Source: an uncultured Smithella sp.
GTDB taxonomy: Bacteria > Desulfobacterota > Syntrophia > Syntrophales > Smithellaceae
Reading direction: 5' to 3'
DNA length: 64,000 nt
Assembly (NCBI GenBank): GCA_964491435.1
Contig: CAZBGE010000001.1
Span: forward strand, 2,164 to 66,163
The translations under genes were made by a program, and so were the position numbers. Positions 29,548 to 39,965 of this stretch are shown here, piece by piece (position 1 is the stretch's first letter; every line of letters begins with the position of its first letter). The notes under the pieces are model-generated. The model did not search any database, was not told the DNA's origin, and was given only the letters and a program-made list of their open reading frames with translations.

Positions 29548-30018
29548 ATGGCTGAAAAAACGATTCTGCGGCTGGGCAAGGCGGTCAGGGATTTTTCCCT
29601 GCCGGATCAATGCAAAAATGAATTTACGCTTTCCGGCATGAAAGGCAAGCGCGTCTTGCTGTCCTTTCATCCCCTGGCGTGGACGCCCGTCTGCACAAAA
29701 CAGATGCAGTCCCTGGAGAAGAATAAAAAAATCTTCGACAAGCTCAACGCTGTCGCCGTCGGCCTGAGCGTGGACAGCGTTCCCTGCAAGGCGGCTTGGG
29801 CGAAGGCAATCAAAATAAAACACACAAGGCTTCTGGCTGATTTCTGGCCTCACGGCAATGCGGCAAAGAACCTCGGGCTTTTCAGGGAAAAGGACGGCAT
29901 TTCGGAAAGGGCAAACGTCATTGTCGATGAAACGGGAAAGGTTTGTCTCGTGAAGGTTTATCCCATTGCCGAGCTGCCGGATATCGGCGAAATCATCGCT
30001 TTCCTGAAAAACGCGTAA
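29548..30018 (+). CDS. peroxiredoxin (AhpC/TSA-redoxin family)
   Basis: 156 aa with FHPLAWTPVCT, which contains the peroxidatic Cys motif. Confidence 0.8.
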   Translation: MAEKTILRLGKAVRDFSLPDQCKNEFTLSGMKGKRVLLSFHPLAWTPVCTKQMQSLEKNKKIFDKLNAVAVGLSVDSVPCKAAWAKAIKIKHTRLLADFWPHGNAAKNLGLFREKDGISERANVIVDETGKVCLVKVYPIAELPDIGEIIAFLKNA

Positions 30019-30055
30019 AGATACTTAGATAAAATACAAATGAGGAGACGGCATC

Positions 30056-30343
30056 ATGATTACCTTGATCGCGACATTGAAAGTCAAAGACGGAAAAATG
30101 GAAGAAGCCATCGGTGTTCTGAAGGAGATTGTTCCCAAAGTGAAAGCCGGTGAACCAGGCTGCCTGGAGTATATTCCGCACACCGTGCGCGGCGATGAAA
30201 AGACGATTATTTTTTACGAGAAATACAGCGACAAGGATGCGCTGAAACTGCATTCCGCCAACCTGATGAAAAACATGGAAAGCCTTTTCCCTCTGCTGGA
30301 ACCGGGCATGGATGTCAAAACCTGCTCCGAGATTATTGGTTGA
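30056..30343 (+). CDS. ABM-domain (antibiotic biosynthesis monooxygenase-like) protein
   Basis: 95 aa. The ferredoxin-like pattern MITLIATLKVKDGKMEE...EPGCLEY...FYEKYSDKDALKLH is typical of ABM/YgiN proteins. Confidence 0.65.
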   Translation: MITLIATLKVKDGKMEEAIGVLKEIVPKVKAGEPGCLEYIPHTVRGDEKTIIFYEKYSDKDALKLHSANLMKNMESLFPLLEPGMDVKTCSEIIG

Positions 30344-30498
30344 TTTTGCGTCCGTAAGAAGATTCGCCGTAAGTGCCGGCGCTTTGCGCCTGATACAACC
30401 CGCGATGCAAAATGTGGCTATTTGTAGCGCCGACATTCATGTCCGTCTGGTGTTCGGGGGAGTTTCGGTGTTTAGCCGGGTCTTCAGGCCTGATGTCC

Positions 30499-30527
30499 GG
30501 CCGAGTCTTTTTGACTCGGCCTTTTTC
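30499..30527 (+). terminator. rho-independent terminator
   Basis: GGCCGAGTC (30499-30507) pairs with GACTCGGCC (30513-30521) around a TTTTT loop, followed by TTTTTCC. Confidence 0.6.
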
Positions 30528-30684
30528 CTTATCTGCAACAGCGATCAAGCTGATGGCTTGTTATTTTCCGGTTTAACCGGCATCAATGTTCAGTGCTGGA
30601 TATTCTTCAGCGTTTTTTCTTCCGTCGAGTCCAAAAGACTCGACCGGACGGGGGCAGCCCCTTCGCGGGCGAGAAAAAAGACCG

Positions 30685-31959
30685 TCAATACTCGATGCGA
30701 AATACCTCAATCGCCTCCCGCTTTCCCTTTACCATTTGGGCGGGAAGATGGTTCAGGCCCTTCAGGCCCTGAACCTCACTTTCCTTTTCCTCGACTTCAT
30801 CGGCAACAGAACTGCTAGCCAGGATCTCATCCGCGGCGGCAATGGACTGGAGGCGCTGTGCGACATTCACGGCGTCACCGATTACCGTATAATTGAGGTG
30901 GTCTTCCGAACCAATATATCCCGCTACGACGTCACCGGCATTCAAACCGATCGCCATGTGGAGTTCAGGCCACTGTCTATTTCGGCATTCAAAATTGAAA
31001 ACCAGCAAGGCCTTCATCATTTCGATAGCGGCCCGCAAGGCCTGAACGGCGCTGTTGCTGTTTGATATGGGAGCGCCAAAGACGGCCATGAGGCCGTCTC
31101 CCAGGAGCTTGTCCAGTGTTCCTTCATGTTTGAAAATAATAGGCGTCATGCGGGAAAAAAAGGCATTCAGGATCTCTACGACCTTTTCCTGATCAAGGGA
31201 TTCCGAAATGGAGGTAAATCCCTTCAGATCTGCAAAGACGATTGTTGCATGCTTACGCTCGCCACCCAGGCGGATGTTTCCCTTTTTGCCAAGGATCTCC
31301 TCGCTGACATTCTTCGAAAAAAAGCGGCTCAGGAGAAATCGCTTGCTTTCCTCCTTCAGCATCCGCTTGTGAATACGGTACAAGACAACGGTGCCGGCAA
31401 TCTGATCGGCAACAAGGCTGAAAAAACTGATCTCGTTCTGGTCATAACTGTCCTGCTGCGGGCGAACCAGAGTGAGAACGCCCATCGGCTCGATTTTGTC
31501 CATAACAGGGATGCACAGCATGGTGCATGAAGATCCGTTATCCACGCCCCCTTCATCATGATTCATTCGGGAACGGGGAATGACGAGGGGGCGCTGCGCC
31601 ATGACGACCTGACCCAGCATTCCGTTTTCGACAAGAACAGGAGGTTGCTCGTGGACGGATTCGTTTTCTTCCGTAGATGCCACGAGACTCAGCATCTGCT
31701 GATTTTCCGTCAGGAGCCAGAGAGACACGCACTCCAATGAGGAGTATTTCTTGATGATATTGAGCTGATCGGTGAGAATACCCTTCTTTGTGGACACACC
31801 TGCCGAACGGAGAGAATGTCCCAATTCCTTGAGAACGGACAGCTCTGCAATCTTATTTTCATACTTCGAACGCATCTTGAGGAATTCCCGCTTGAAGAGC
31901 TCCCTCTCGTTGGCAATTTCTTCTTGATCAGCCGGCGATTTATTCTCTTTCTCATTCAT
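30685..31959 (-). CDS. GAF-domain class III adenylate/guanylate cyclase
   Basis: 424 aa with an N-terminal coiled coil and a GAF-like region. The C-terminal cyclase homology domain carries ATIVFADLKGFT, GDGLMAVFGAP and VIGDAVNVAQRLQ. Confidence 0.85.
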   Translation of the reverse strand: MNEKENKSPADQEEIANERELFKREFLKMRSKYENKIAELSVLKELGHSLRSAGVSTKKGILTDQLNIIKKYSSLECVSLWLLTENQQMLSLVASTEENESVHEQPPVLVENGMLGQVVMAQRPLVIPRSRMNHDEGGVDNGSSCTMLCIPVMDKIEPMGVLTLVRPQQDSYDQNEISFFSLVADQIAGTVVLYRIHKRMLKEESKRFLLSRFFSKNVSEEILGKKGNIRLGGERKHATIVFADLKGFTSISESLDQEKVVEILNAFFSRMTPIIFKHEGTLDKLLGDGLMAVFGAPISNSNSAVQALRAAIEMMKALLVFNFECRNRQWPELHMAIGLNAGDVVAGYIGSEDHLNYTVIGDAVNVAQRLQSIAAADEILASSSVADEVEEKESEVQGLKGLNHLPAQMVKGKREAIEVFRIEY

Positions 31960-31970
31960 AGGTCAATACC

Positions 31971-33875
31971 TTACTGAAGTGTTTCCAGAAGACCTCGGTT
32001 CTCTTCGATGAGTTTGACGGCCTCCCGGGTCAGAGAATCCAGTTTCTTTTCATTCAGATCCGTAAACAGCCTGGTGAGAACGATCCAGTGGCCGACACTC
32101 AGCCAGTGGGAACGCTCCATTGCATCACGGGCCGCCCCCTCTGCCATCGTGGCCCGGTAGTAAAGATGATTGGAAAGACCGACAATCGCCGCCAATTCCG
32201 CATAACTTGAGGCAAAAAAAGGCTGATGGCTGAACGTGATGGCCTGAACAAGAGGCTCCGGAAGATTCCATCGGGTAGCTAGATATTTTCCGACTGTTCC
32301 GTGGTTCAGGCCGAAAAATTCCTCTTCCATTTCATAGAGGGGAAGACTGTATTTCTCCATCCCGTCAAAGACTTGCGTATAGACATCGGGGAATTTGTCC
32401 ATGAGAAAGATCTTTCCGATGTCATGGAGCAGGCCGGCCGTAAAAATCCCCAACTCCTGGTACGTTGCCATGTTGCGTGATAAATACTGTGCAATCAGTG
32501 CGGTGCAGATGGAATGGCGCCACAGGGATTTTGGATCGGGAAGCCCCGGCGCTGTCTTGAATTGAAATACCTTGGCTGTCGCCAGACCGAAGGCCATGTC
32601 CATGATCTCCTCTGTTCCAAGGAGGGCGACTGCCTGTTTGATTGCGCTGACTTTCTGAGGATTTCCGTAAAAGGCGGAATTAACCGTTTTTAGCAATTTC
32701 GAGGCCAGGGCGGGGTCTTTCATGATGACATTTTCCAGCTCCGTGCCTGAGGAATTCGGATTGGAGGCTATTTTGAATATCTGCATTGCCATGGAGGGCA
32801 ACATCGGCAGTTCTTCGGTTCGATTCAATTTTGCCAGGACCTGTTTCCGCATCCGCTCCCGCCCTTCATAACCAGATTCTGACTCCATCTGCTGCAGGAT
32901 GGTATGCAGGTACATTTCCGCAGATGGATCAGGCGGAGAGGTTGACGGATCCTTTATGACTTTATCCAAAGTCGATGCCAAGGGTAGATCAAACGGTAAG
33001 CGTGCCCAGAATTCCCGCTGCTCCTTCTTTTGAATCTGACTGAGGCTCGGCCAGAGAGTTTGCGCATCCATGCTCATGAGCCTTTTAAAGACTCTCCCCG
33101 TGGCTTGCGAAAAGGATACCTGGAGGGGCTTCATGCCTGTCCTGTCATCCGCAGGCGCGAGCGGTCTTTCCGTTTTGGCCGATCCTGCCTCAAGCGCACC
33201 AGACAATCTGGCGCCATGCCGCTCTCTTCGTCTGCTTTCCGCAACAGCGGCCAGGACCTCTACCGTCTGGCCGTCTTCCGGGAACAGGGCATGGCCCGAA
33301 GTCACCAAAGCCCCGTCAGGGAGCAGTCTTTTCAGAACGCGATGCGCCTTTGATTGGAAAGGCTTGATGCCAGCCGCATCCGTCGTGAACCCCAGGAGGA
33401 TGAGATGAAATTCATCAAGGCCGATCACTGTATCGCTTTCACGAAACGCTTGGGCGACCTTATCCTGGAACGTCCCCATCATGGAGGGCAAACGCGCTTC
33501 ATTGCCTGCCATGCCAACCTGGATAAAGAGGAGCAGCAGGCTCATCCGGCACCTGAGGATTTTGCTTAGCTCCTTTCTGATGAGGCTCTCATTATTGCTT
33601 GATACGGCCACGGGAAAGGAGGGATAACGAACAAAGGGTTCCGTCTTTGTCAAAAAACCAAGTTTCGCCAAGGTTGCCTTGGCCAGCTCCGCGCCCTGTT
33701 CGTTGGCAAACTCTTGCAGGACACGGGGCGGACGGGCCAGAAGATCCTGTATCTTCTCATTGGATAAGCCCAGTTCCTTCTCAAAATAGAGAATGGGCTT
33801 TTTCAGGTCAAGACCGCGGACCATGCCTTTCAAAATGAGCCTACAGCCGGTGGTATTGCTTGTCATGGCCGACAC
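31971..33875 (-). CDS. HDOD-domain signalling protein with degenerate GGDEF-like middle region
   Basis: 634 aa. The C-terminal HDOD/HD-like region has LPMLPSMAMQIF...DPALASKLLKTVNSAFYG...AGLLHDIGK. The middle segment (SLLLLFIQV...DTVIGLDEFHLILL) resembles an inactive GGDEF fold. Confidence 0.7.
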   Translation of the reverse strand: MSAMTSNTTGCRLILKGMVRGLDLKKPILYFEKELGLSNEKIQDLLARPPRVLQEFANEQGAELAKATLAKLGFLTKTEPFVRYPSFPVAVSSNNESLIRKELSKILRCRMSLLLLFIQVGMAGNEARLPSMMGTFQDKVAQAFRESDTVIGLDEFHLILLGFTTDAAGIKPFQSKAHRVLKRLLPDGALVTSGHALFPEDGQTVEVLAAVAESRRRERHGARLSGALEAGSAKTERPLAPADDRTGMKPLQVSFSQATGRVFKRLMSMDAQTLWPSLSQIQKKEQREFWARLPFDLPLASTLDKVIKDPSTSPPDPSAEMYLHTILQQMESESGYEGRERMRKQVLAKLNRTEELPMLPSMAMQIFKIASNPNSSGTELENVIMKDPALASKLLKTVNSAFYGNPQKVSAIKQAVALLGTEEIMDMAFGLATAKVFQFKTAPGLPDPKSLWRHSICTALIAQYLSRNMATYQELGIFTAGLLHDIGKIFLMDKFPDVYTQVFDGMEKYSLPLYEMEEEFFGLNHGTVGKYLATRWNLPEPLVQAITFSHQPFFASSYAELAAIVGLSNHLYYRATMAEGAARDAMERSHWLSVGHWIVLTRLFTDLNEKKLDSLTREAVKLIEENRGLLETLQ

Positions 33876-33969
33876 CTTCTCTTCGCCAGATTAATCTTGT
33901 TATTTACGTATAAAATATAGGAGAAATTAAAGAGCGTCAATACTTATATGAAAAGGTCTGAAGATCCCG

Positions 33970-36210
33970 TCAAAAATTCAGCGTAAACAGTTTGGGCGGC
34001 CTGCCATCCGCCATAGCCGTGATGACTTCCGAATCTTCGCGGCCGGTCAAATCTCCGCCAACTTCTTCGTCGATGATTTTCAGCGCCTTTTGCATATGCT
34101 CAATATACACATCTGCCGGAATTATTTCGCTGTACGTGCGGTTAAAGGCATAGATGCCAACCTTTTCTTCCTCGGCCTGCCTGGCAATGTCAATGGCATT
34201 CTCTATTCTTTCTCTCACGATTTTTGCCGTCAGCACCGTATGGACCGGCAGAAAATCCCACAGGGCCACGGCATTGCAAAACAGGGTGGTCGGCTGATAA
34301 CTGAACAAGGAAATGGCTGCGTTGTAAATAACGCCTTTTTGAATCGTGATTTTTGCAACCAGTTCATCCTGCTGCCGGACGGGTAATTCACTGCGGCGAT
34401 AGCCGATTTGCCATTGCACGTCCATCGATTCCTGTTGAAAAATATCGGCGCCGCCGGTGATGGGTTTTTCCGGATTGACAAACAATTCCTTATCACTCTC
34501 CAGCATTGTTTTCAGCACGGCGGCAATTTTCAAAAGGAATGATGAGCGGGTCCCGGAAGAAGACACGGACATTCCTTTTTCAAAAAGCTGTTTGGCCTGA
34601 TCCAATGCCTGATAGACAGCCTGTTGCAGCTTTTCAAACTCTTTGAGATTTTCACGGAGATCCGGATGAGTCCGCATGTGCCGGACGGTGGACATGGCCT
34701 GCGCCAGATAGACGATGGCGTATTCGCAGTAGAAATCTTCTGTGTGGAAATCGCAATGTTCCCGGATATTGTCCGCTTCCTGGATGGCCTGGCGAAAAAC
34801 AGCCGCCGCCGTCCGGTGAGAAGGCGTATCCAGCGCCATGTTTCGAAGCAGCATCATCCGCAGGGTCCGGGCAACCAGATCCTTCGGATTAATGGACAAA
34901 ACTATCCGGAGAATTTCCGCTGCTTCCGAACAGCGTTTGCGATAGTAGAGCGTCTTGGCAATCTCCACGCCCAGCAGAGAATGATGCGGATACTTGAAAA
35001 AGGTGGCAATGGCGTTGTCGTCGCCCGCATGGCCTGCGGCGGCGTTCTGGCTTCCCATGGGCCAGAGCAGCCGGTCGAGTTTTTCAATCGAAGCGGGGGT
35101 GTTTTGTAACGTCTCGTCATGGAGCAGCTCGGAGACAAAATCGAAATAATGAGTCGTCCAGAGCGATGTGATCCACCAGATCGGCAGAGATTCTCCGTTG
35201 AACAATCTGGCTTCCACGGGTTTCTGACAAAGAATAACATGGATGTCGTTAATCAGCAGTCCATGACGCGCATAATCCGATATGCGGATCATGGGGTCAT
35301 CCGGCAGGCTGGCGTTCAAAAGAGAAAGCAGATGATTTTCCAGAACCCCGTATTCTCCCGCCGTAATGGCGATGGAGAGAAACCGGTTCTTGCTGTAATA
35401 TTTCGAAAGAGGCCAGCGGACGGCGATCTGGTGCGCCAGGGCCACCGCGCTCTTCAGACATTCCATGTAATGGACAAGATTGCCGCCCTCCCTTTCCTTC
35501 GGAAAATCGATATACAATGTCGTAATGTCGTAGGCCTTGACTTTGCCCCATTTGCCGTAAAGGAAATGGCCGATGGCCTCGGTGATGTAACTCTTGATGT
35601 TTTTTTTCAGCCAGCCGATGATTTCATGATCAATGACTTCGCCGCGGCTGGTCAGGGAAAAACCGATGCGCACGCCTTCGGTGTGGTCGTCGGATTTCTG
35701 AGAGGCGCCGCTTTCGGGAAACAACGAAACCAGCGTTTCAAAGTTCCATTTCCGGGAAAGTTCCGTCCGCTCGTAGCCTAGCCAGAAAGCGATGCTTCTG
35801 AGCACGTTCATCTTGTAGTCCGTATCCAGGGATTCCTTTTTCAGCCGCATGAGCATGGAGTGGGTCACCCGCGGCAGCCCAATCCGGTGCGTTGTCAGAA
35901 TGGCATTGATGCGATTGCACAGGGCCCGCAGGGAAAGATTCAGGTTCAGCGTTTCTTCCTTTTTATTTAACAGTTCCTCAAAGGTGATATCGCCGGTTAA
36001 CCGGAACTTGAATTCGTTGTCCGTATGGGTGCGGATGAATTGCTCAAGGCTTTCAGCATCCGGTGTATTGATCACAACGTTTCTGACGGCAAAATCAATA
36101 AACGAGTCGCCTATCGGTGTATTATGTTTATTTTGGTAGAATAACGTAAAACATTCTACCGTTGGAAATGCCGATAAAATAGCTGCCGCTGCCTTATCAA
36201 TCTGGTTCAT
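33970..36210 (-). CDS. large hypothetical protein (first gene of the signalling operon)
   Basis: 746 aa uninterrupted ORF, co-directional with and immediately upstream of the HDOD and cyclase genes. The C-terminal half is helical-repeat-like. No confident motif. Confidence 0.55.
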   Translation of the reverse strand: MNQIDKAAAAILSAFPTVECFTLFYQNKHNTPIGDSFIDFAVRNVVINTPDAESLEQFIRTHTDNEFKFRLTGDITFEELLNKKEETLNLNLSLRALCNRINAILTTHRIGLPRVTHSMLMRLKKESLDTDYKMNVLRSIAFWLGYERTELSRKWNFETLVSLFPESGASQKSDDHTEGVRIGFSLTSRGEVIDHEIIGWLKKNIKSYITEAIGHFLYGKWGKVKAYDITTLYIDFPKEREGGNLVHYMECLKSAVALAHQIAVRWPLSKYYSKNRFLSIAITAGEYGVLENHLLSLLNASLPDDPMIRISDYARHGLLINDIHVILCQKPVEARLFNGESLPIWWITSLWTTHYFDFVSELLHDETLQNTPASIEKLDRLLWPMGSQNAAAGHAGDDNAIATFFKYPHHSLLGVEIAKTLYYRKRCSEAAEILRIVLSINPKDLVARTLRMMLLRNMALDTPSHRTAAAVFRQAIQEADNIREHCDFHTEDFYCEYAIVYLAQAMSTVRHMRTHPDLRENLKEFEKLQQAVYQALDQAKQLFEKGMSVSSSGTRSSFLLKIAAVLKTMLESDKELFVNPEKPITGGADIFQQESMDVQWQIGYRRSELPVRQQDELVAKITIQKGVIYNAAISLFSYQPTTLFCNAVALWDFLPVHTVLTAKIVRERIENAIDIARQAEEEKVGIYAFNRTYSEIIPADVYIEHMQKALKIIDEEVGGDLTGREDSEVITAMADGRPPKLFTLNF

Positions 36211-36349
36211 ATTTTATATCCTTCATTATATAAGTAACTTATATTATATCAAAAAAACACTGTCCGCTTGCGCCGCTTGATCGTTCTAATCAAGACTGTC
36301 TTTCTGGTTTACACATAAATCATTATTTTTCATAATCCAACATATCAAA

Positions 36350-36378
36350 TTGACTGCCTCTATTCCAGCGTTTATAAA
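36350..36378 (+). promoter_or_regulatory. putative sigma-70 promoter for the acyl-CoA ligase gene
   Basis: TTGACT (36350-36355), a 17 nt spacer, then TATAAA (36373-36378), within the A/T-rich divergent intergenic region. Confidence 0.4.
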
Positions 36379-36516
36379 TATTTCTTCAAGAGCTTGATGC
36401 ATTAACCGACCGGAGAAGGTTTTAATGCTCAAGAGGATGAAGTGGCCTTTATTGCAGACGCCCGTTTCCCCAAGAAGGCGGAAGACTTACCTCTAGATAG
36501 ATTTTAAGGAGATGAT

Positions 36517-38310
36517 ATGGACCCGAATACAGTTTATGACTACCCGAATAACCTGGTTGATTTATTTGAGCAAAGCGTAACCAGGTTTCCGGATATCCGC
36601 TTCCTGGGCACCAAGAATCCGGAATTCGGAAAGTATGAATGGCTTTCACGCAGGCAAATTGCCGAGCGGGTCGACAACCTCCGCGGCGCTTTGAAAAAAC
36701 TTGGTTTTACCAAAGGCTACAAAGCCGGCATCATCATCAACAATTGCGTCGAGTGGTTCGTCTGCGAGCAGGCCGTCCACGGGCTGGGCGGAGTATTCGT
36801 TCCCATGTATCTTCAGGAACTCCCCAAAGTCTGGAAATACATCATCACCGATGCGGCCATCAAATTCCTGTTTGTCCGCGACGAGAGCGTTTATGAAAAA
36901 GTGAAAGGCTTCAAACAGGAAATCGCGACGCTTAAGGAAATCTTCGTCGTTTACGGCAAAGGCGAAAACAGCCTTTCCGCTCTGGAGGAAATGGGTAAAA
37001 AGAATCCTGCTCCATCCATCAAGCCCCACTGGTCGGACCTCGCGCACATCATTTTCACGTCCGGCACAACAGGCGACCCCAAAGGCGCCATGATCTCGCA
37101 CGGCAATGCAACCTGGGCCGCCCGGTCCAGCATTGATACGTTCGATCTGGACGAAACGGCGCAGGTGATCTCTATTTTGCCCTGGGCGCATGTCTACGGA
37201 CAAAACTGCGATCTGCACAATTATATGGCCTTCGGCGGCGGGATTGCCTTTGTCGAAGCGCTGGACAAATTCATGCAAAACGTTCAGGAATCGAAGCCCA
37301 CGGCCATTAACGGCGTTCCGCGGATTATCACCAGGATTTACGACGCCATCATGCAGGGCGTGAATGCCGATCCTGTGAAAAAACAGTTTTTCGACGCGGC
37401 GCTTGATGCAGCGGCCAAAAACAGAGGTTTGTCCGAGAAAACAAAGGAGTTTAAAGATTATGATGAGTTGGTCTTTTCCAAGGTTCGCGCCATTTTCGGC
37501 GGCAACCTGCAATTTATCGTCAACTCCAGCGCGCTTTTGAAACCGGAAATCGCTCTTTTCTTCCATGATATCGGGCAGCCGACTTACGACTGCTACGGCA
37601 TGACCGAGACCTCGGGCGGTGTAACCATGAACTGCACAAAATTCGGCAACAAGCTGGGAACCGTGGGCAAACCGATCCAGCACACACATGTCGTGATCGA
37701 CAAGTCCCGCGTGGGAGAAGACAGTCCCGACGGCGAGATCTGCGTGTACGGACCGCAGGTCATGATGGGTTACTTCAACAAACCCAAGCTCAACGAAGAG
37801 GTCATGATGCCGGATAAATGGAACGGCTTTGCGGGCATTCGCACCGGCGACCGCGGCTGGTTCGACGAAGAAGGTTTCCTGCACATCACCGGCCGCTTCA
37901 AGGACGAATACAAACTGGCCAACGGCAAGTATGTGCATCCGGAAAGCATCGAAAATGAAATCAAGCTGATGCGCCATGTCGCCAACGCCATGATCTACGG
38001 CGAAGGGAAAGACTACAACGTGGCGGTGATTGTTCCCGACTTTGCCGCGCTGCAAGCCGATCCGGAGACCAAAGGATGGGTCAAAGACACGCCGGAAGAG
38101 ACGCTGCAGAGCGAAGATTTAAAGATCTGGCTGTCCCGGCAAATCATTGAGCAAGTGCGCAAGTCATTTGGCGGCTACGAAGTGCCGCAAAAGTTTCTTT
38201 ACATTGCGGAAGACTTCAGCGTGGTCAACAGCATGCTGACCCAGACCATGAAACTCAAGAGAGCCAACGTCCTCGCCAAATATAAAGACCAGCTTCTTTC
38301 TCTCTATTGA
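36517..38310 (+). CDS. long-chain-fatty-acid--CoA ligase (AMP-forming)
   Basis: 597 aa with intact ANL motifs: IFTSGTTGDPKGAMISH, YGMTETSG, TGDRGWFDEEGFLHITGRFKDEYKLANGKYV. Confidence 0.9.
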   Translation: MDPNTVYDYPNNLVDLFEQSVTRFPDIRFLGTKNPEFGKYEWLSRRQIAERVDNLRGALKKLGFTKGYKAGIIINNCVEWFVCEQAVHGLGGVFVPMYLQELPKVWKYIITDAAIKFLFVRDESVYEKVKGFKQEIATLKEIFVVYGKGENSLSALEEMGKKNPAPSIKPHWSDLAHIIFTSGTTGDPKGAMISHGNATWAARSSIDTFDLDETAQVISILPWAHVYGQNCDLHNYMAFGGGIAFVEALDKFMQNVQESKPTAINGVPRIITRIYDAIMQGVNADPVKKQFFDAALDAAAKNRGLSEKTKEFKDYDELVFSKVRAIFGGNLQFIVNSSALLKPEIALFFHDIGQPTYDCYGMTETSGGVTMNCTKFGNKLGTVGKPIQHTHVVIDKSRVGEDSPDGEICVYGPQVMMGYFNKPKLNEEVMMPDKWNGFAGIRTGDRGWFDEEGFLHITGRFKDEYKLANGKYVHPESIENEIKLMRHVANAMIYGEGKDYNVAVIVPDFAALQADPETKGWVKDTPEETLQSEDLKIWLSRQIIEQVRKSFGGYEVPQKFLYIAEDFSVVNSMLTQTMKLKRANVLAKYKDQLLSLY

Positions 38311-38331
38311 GATTTGTCAGACACCACACCG

Positions 38332-38372
38332 ATCCAGAAGCCGCAGCCCGTCATGCGTTACGGCTTCTGGAT
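38332..38372 (+). terminator. 12-bp stem-loop downstream of the ligase gene (possible terminator)
   Basis: ATCCAGAAGCCG (38332-38343) pairs with CGGCTTCTGGAT (38361-38372). No strong U-run follows. Confidence 0.35.
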
Positions 38373-38642
38373 ATCCACGCTCAGTTTGTCCGGTTCCTTT
38401 GGTTTGATGTGCGGTGAAAGATAAGTAATAACAACTGTCTGAGCCGGAGGCTTTCACAAGCTGTAGATTTATTCAAAACGCTTTCAGGCAAGAGCAAAGG
38501 TTATCCGGGAAACAGCATGCAGCGTTTTGATTTGCACCCCCTCCCGCAGTGCCTCCCGCAAGGGGAGGGAAGACGCTTGTGCGGCATGGACGCACTGGCG
38601 ATGGGCAGGATAGCTCAAAGCTTGCGGGATGAAGCGGCGCCG

Positions 38643-39767
38643 TTATTTTTGATCTGTCCATTCGCTGTAAACCACCACCCGGTTTCTTCCCTGCGCCTTG
38701 GCTGCGTACAAGGCCTGGTCGGCGGCCAGGATGAAGGAATCCGACTTGGTTTTAGAATCCGGAACGCAACTATTGACCCCCACGCTGATGGTCGTTCCGA
38801 TCTTTTCCCCCTGATAATCGATGGTCATGGCGGCAACGGCTTGAATCGTATTCTCTGCCAGCCGTCTTGCTGGTCCGATGTCCATTCCCTGAAGGAGAAT
38901 GATAAATTCTTCTCCCCCGTAGCGGGCCACGACATCTGTATCTCTTTTGAAAACGGAAGACAAAGTTCCGGCCAGTTTCTTCAGGTATTCATCGCCGGCC
39001 TGATGGCCATAGGTATCATTGATTCTTTTAAAATAATCAATATCCATGATGAGCAGGGAAATCGGGGATTTGTCGCGCCCCGACCTCTTCCATTCCAGAT
39101 CCAGCGCGTCATTGAAATAACGCCGGTTATACAGACCGGTTAGCGCGTCCGTATTGCTCAGATGGGACAGTTCCAGTGATTTTACTTCCAGCAGATGTTC
39201 ATTTTCCAGCGCGTTCCAGTATTCTCCGTTTCCCTTGATGGTGATCATCACCATGTAAATGGAAAACGCGCAAAACATGATTAAAAGTGCCGCATCCGAC
39301 CGGTTCACAAGCATGGTGAGGATGACCGGCAGGATTATGGCTGCGTTAAAAGCAAGGGAAAGACGCCGGTCGGGAATATAAGCAACCACGCCCCCGGCGC
39401 CCAGGCCGCAGACGCAAAGGATCATGATCAGTTGCGCGGCATGCTCCTCTTTCATGAGTGTTACCAGCGCAAACATGACCCCCCAGATCAGAGCGGTCAT
39501 CACCACAGAGAGGTAAAAGACACATCTGTTGATGGTTTCAAAACGTTTTCCGGTTCTTGAGGAAAGCATCAAATGGAGCAGGCGGAACAGGCAGATGCCA
39601 ATATTGGATAAAAGAAAAGTCCAGGCCGGCACGGAGTGCCGTACATGAAAGCCGCCCGAGTAAAACACGATGAAGGACAAAACAACGTAGATGATCAGGC
39701 CGATCGTGGAACGTTCTTTCAGATCCTGAATGACTCTTTCATTGATTTTATGCCGCTCAAAGGTCAT
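38643..39767 (-). CDS. membrane-anchored diguanylate cyclase (GGDEF)
   Basis: 374 aa with about six N-terminal TM helices. The C-terminal GGDEF domain has an intact RYGGEEF active site and an RxxD-like I-site region. Confidence 0.88.
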   Translation of the reverse strand: MTFERHKINERVIQDLKERSTIGLIIYVVLSFIVFYSGGFHVRHSVPAWTFLLSNIGICLFRLLHLMLSSRTGKRFETINRCVFYLSVVMTALIWGVMFALVTLMKEEHAAQLIMILCVCGLGAGGVVAYIPDRRLSLAFNAAIILPVILTMLVNRSDAALLIMFCAFSIYMVMITIKGNGEYWNALENEHLLEVKSLELSHLSNTDALTGLYNRRYFNDALDLEWKRSGRDKSPISLLIMDIDYFKRINDTYGHQAGDEYLKKLAGTLSSVFKRDTDVVARYGGEEFIILLQGMDIGPARRLAENTIQAVAAMTIDYQGEKIGTTISVGVNSCVPDSKTKSDSFILAADQALYAAKAQGRNRVVVYSEWTDQK

Positions 39768-39965
39768 GGATTGTCCTTCGACGCCTTGGACCGTTATTGG
39801 AATATGAAACCGTTAATACGTACAGCTATCTCCATATCTTATCAAGCAGTCAAATGCATTGAGAAAAATTGAAGGGTGGAAAAATACCGCGGCCACGGGA
39901 TTTCGGCGCACAACTTCCGCATGCGGATCGCGGCGCGAAAAACGGGTGGCCAATCTTTACGGAGA

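Noticed and set aside
36646-38055. 469 aa ORF on the - strand, antisense to the acyl-CoA ligase gene
   Set aside because: It is a mirror-frame ORF with a low-complexity, Arg/Gly/Val/His-rich translation and no motifs. The + strand ORF carries complete ANL motifs. This is a typical antisense artefact of GC-rich coding DNA.
38473-38640. Hairpins (CAAAACGCT...AGCGTTTTG; CCTCCC-GCAA-GGGAGG) downstream of the GGDEF gene, considered as terminators or an sRNA
   Set aside because: The stems are short or have very large loops, and no U-run follows on the relevant strand. The evidence is insufficient to call a feature.
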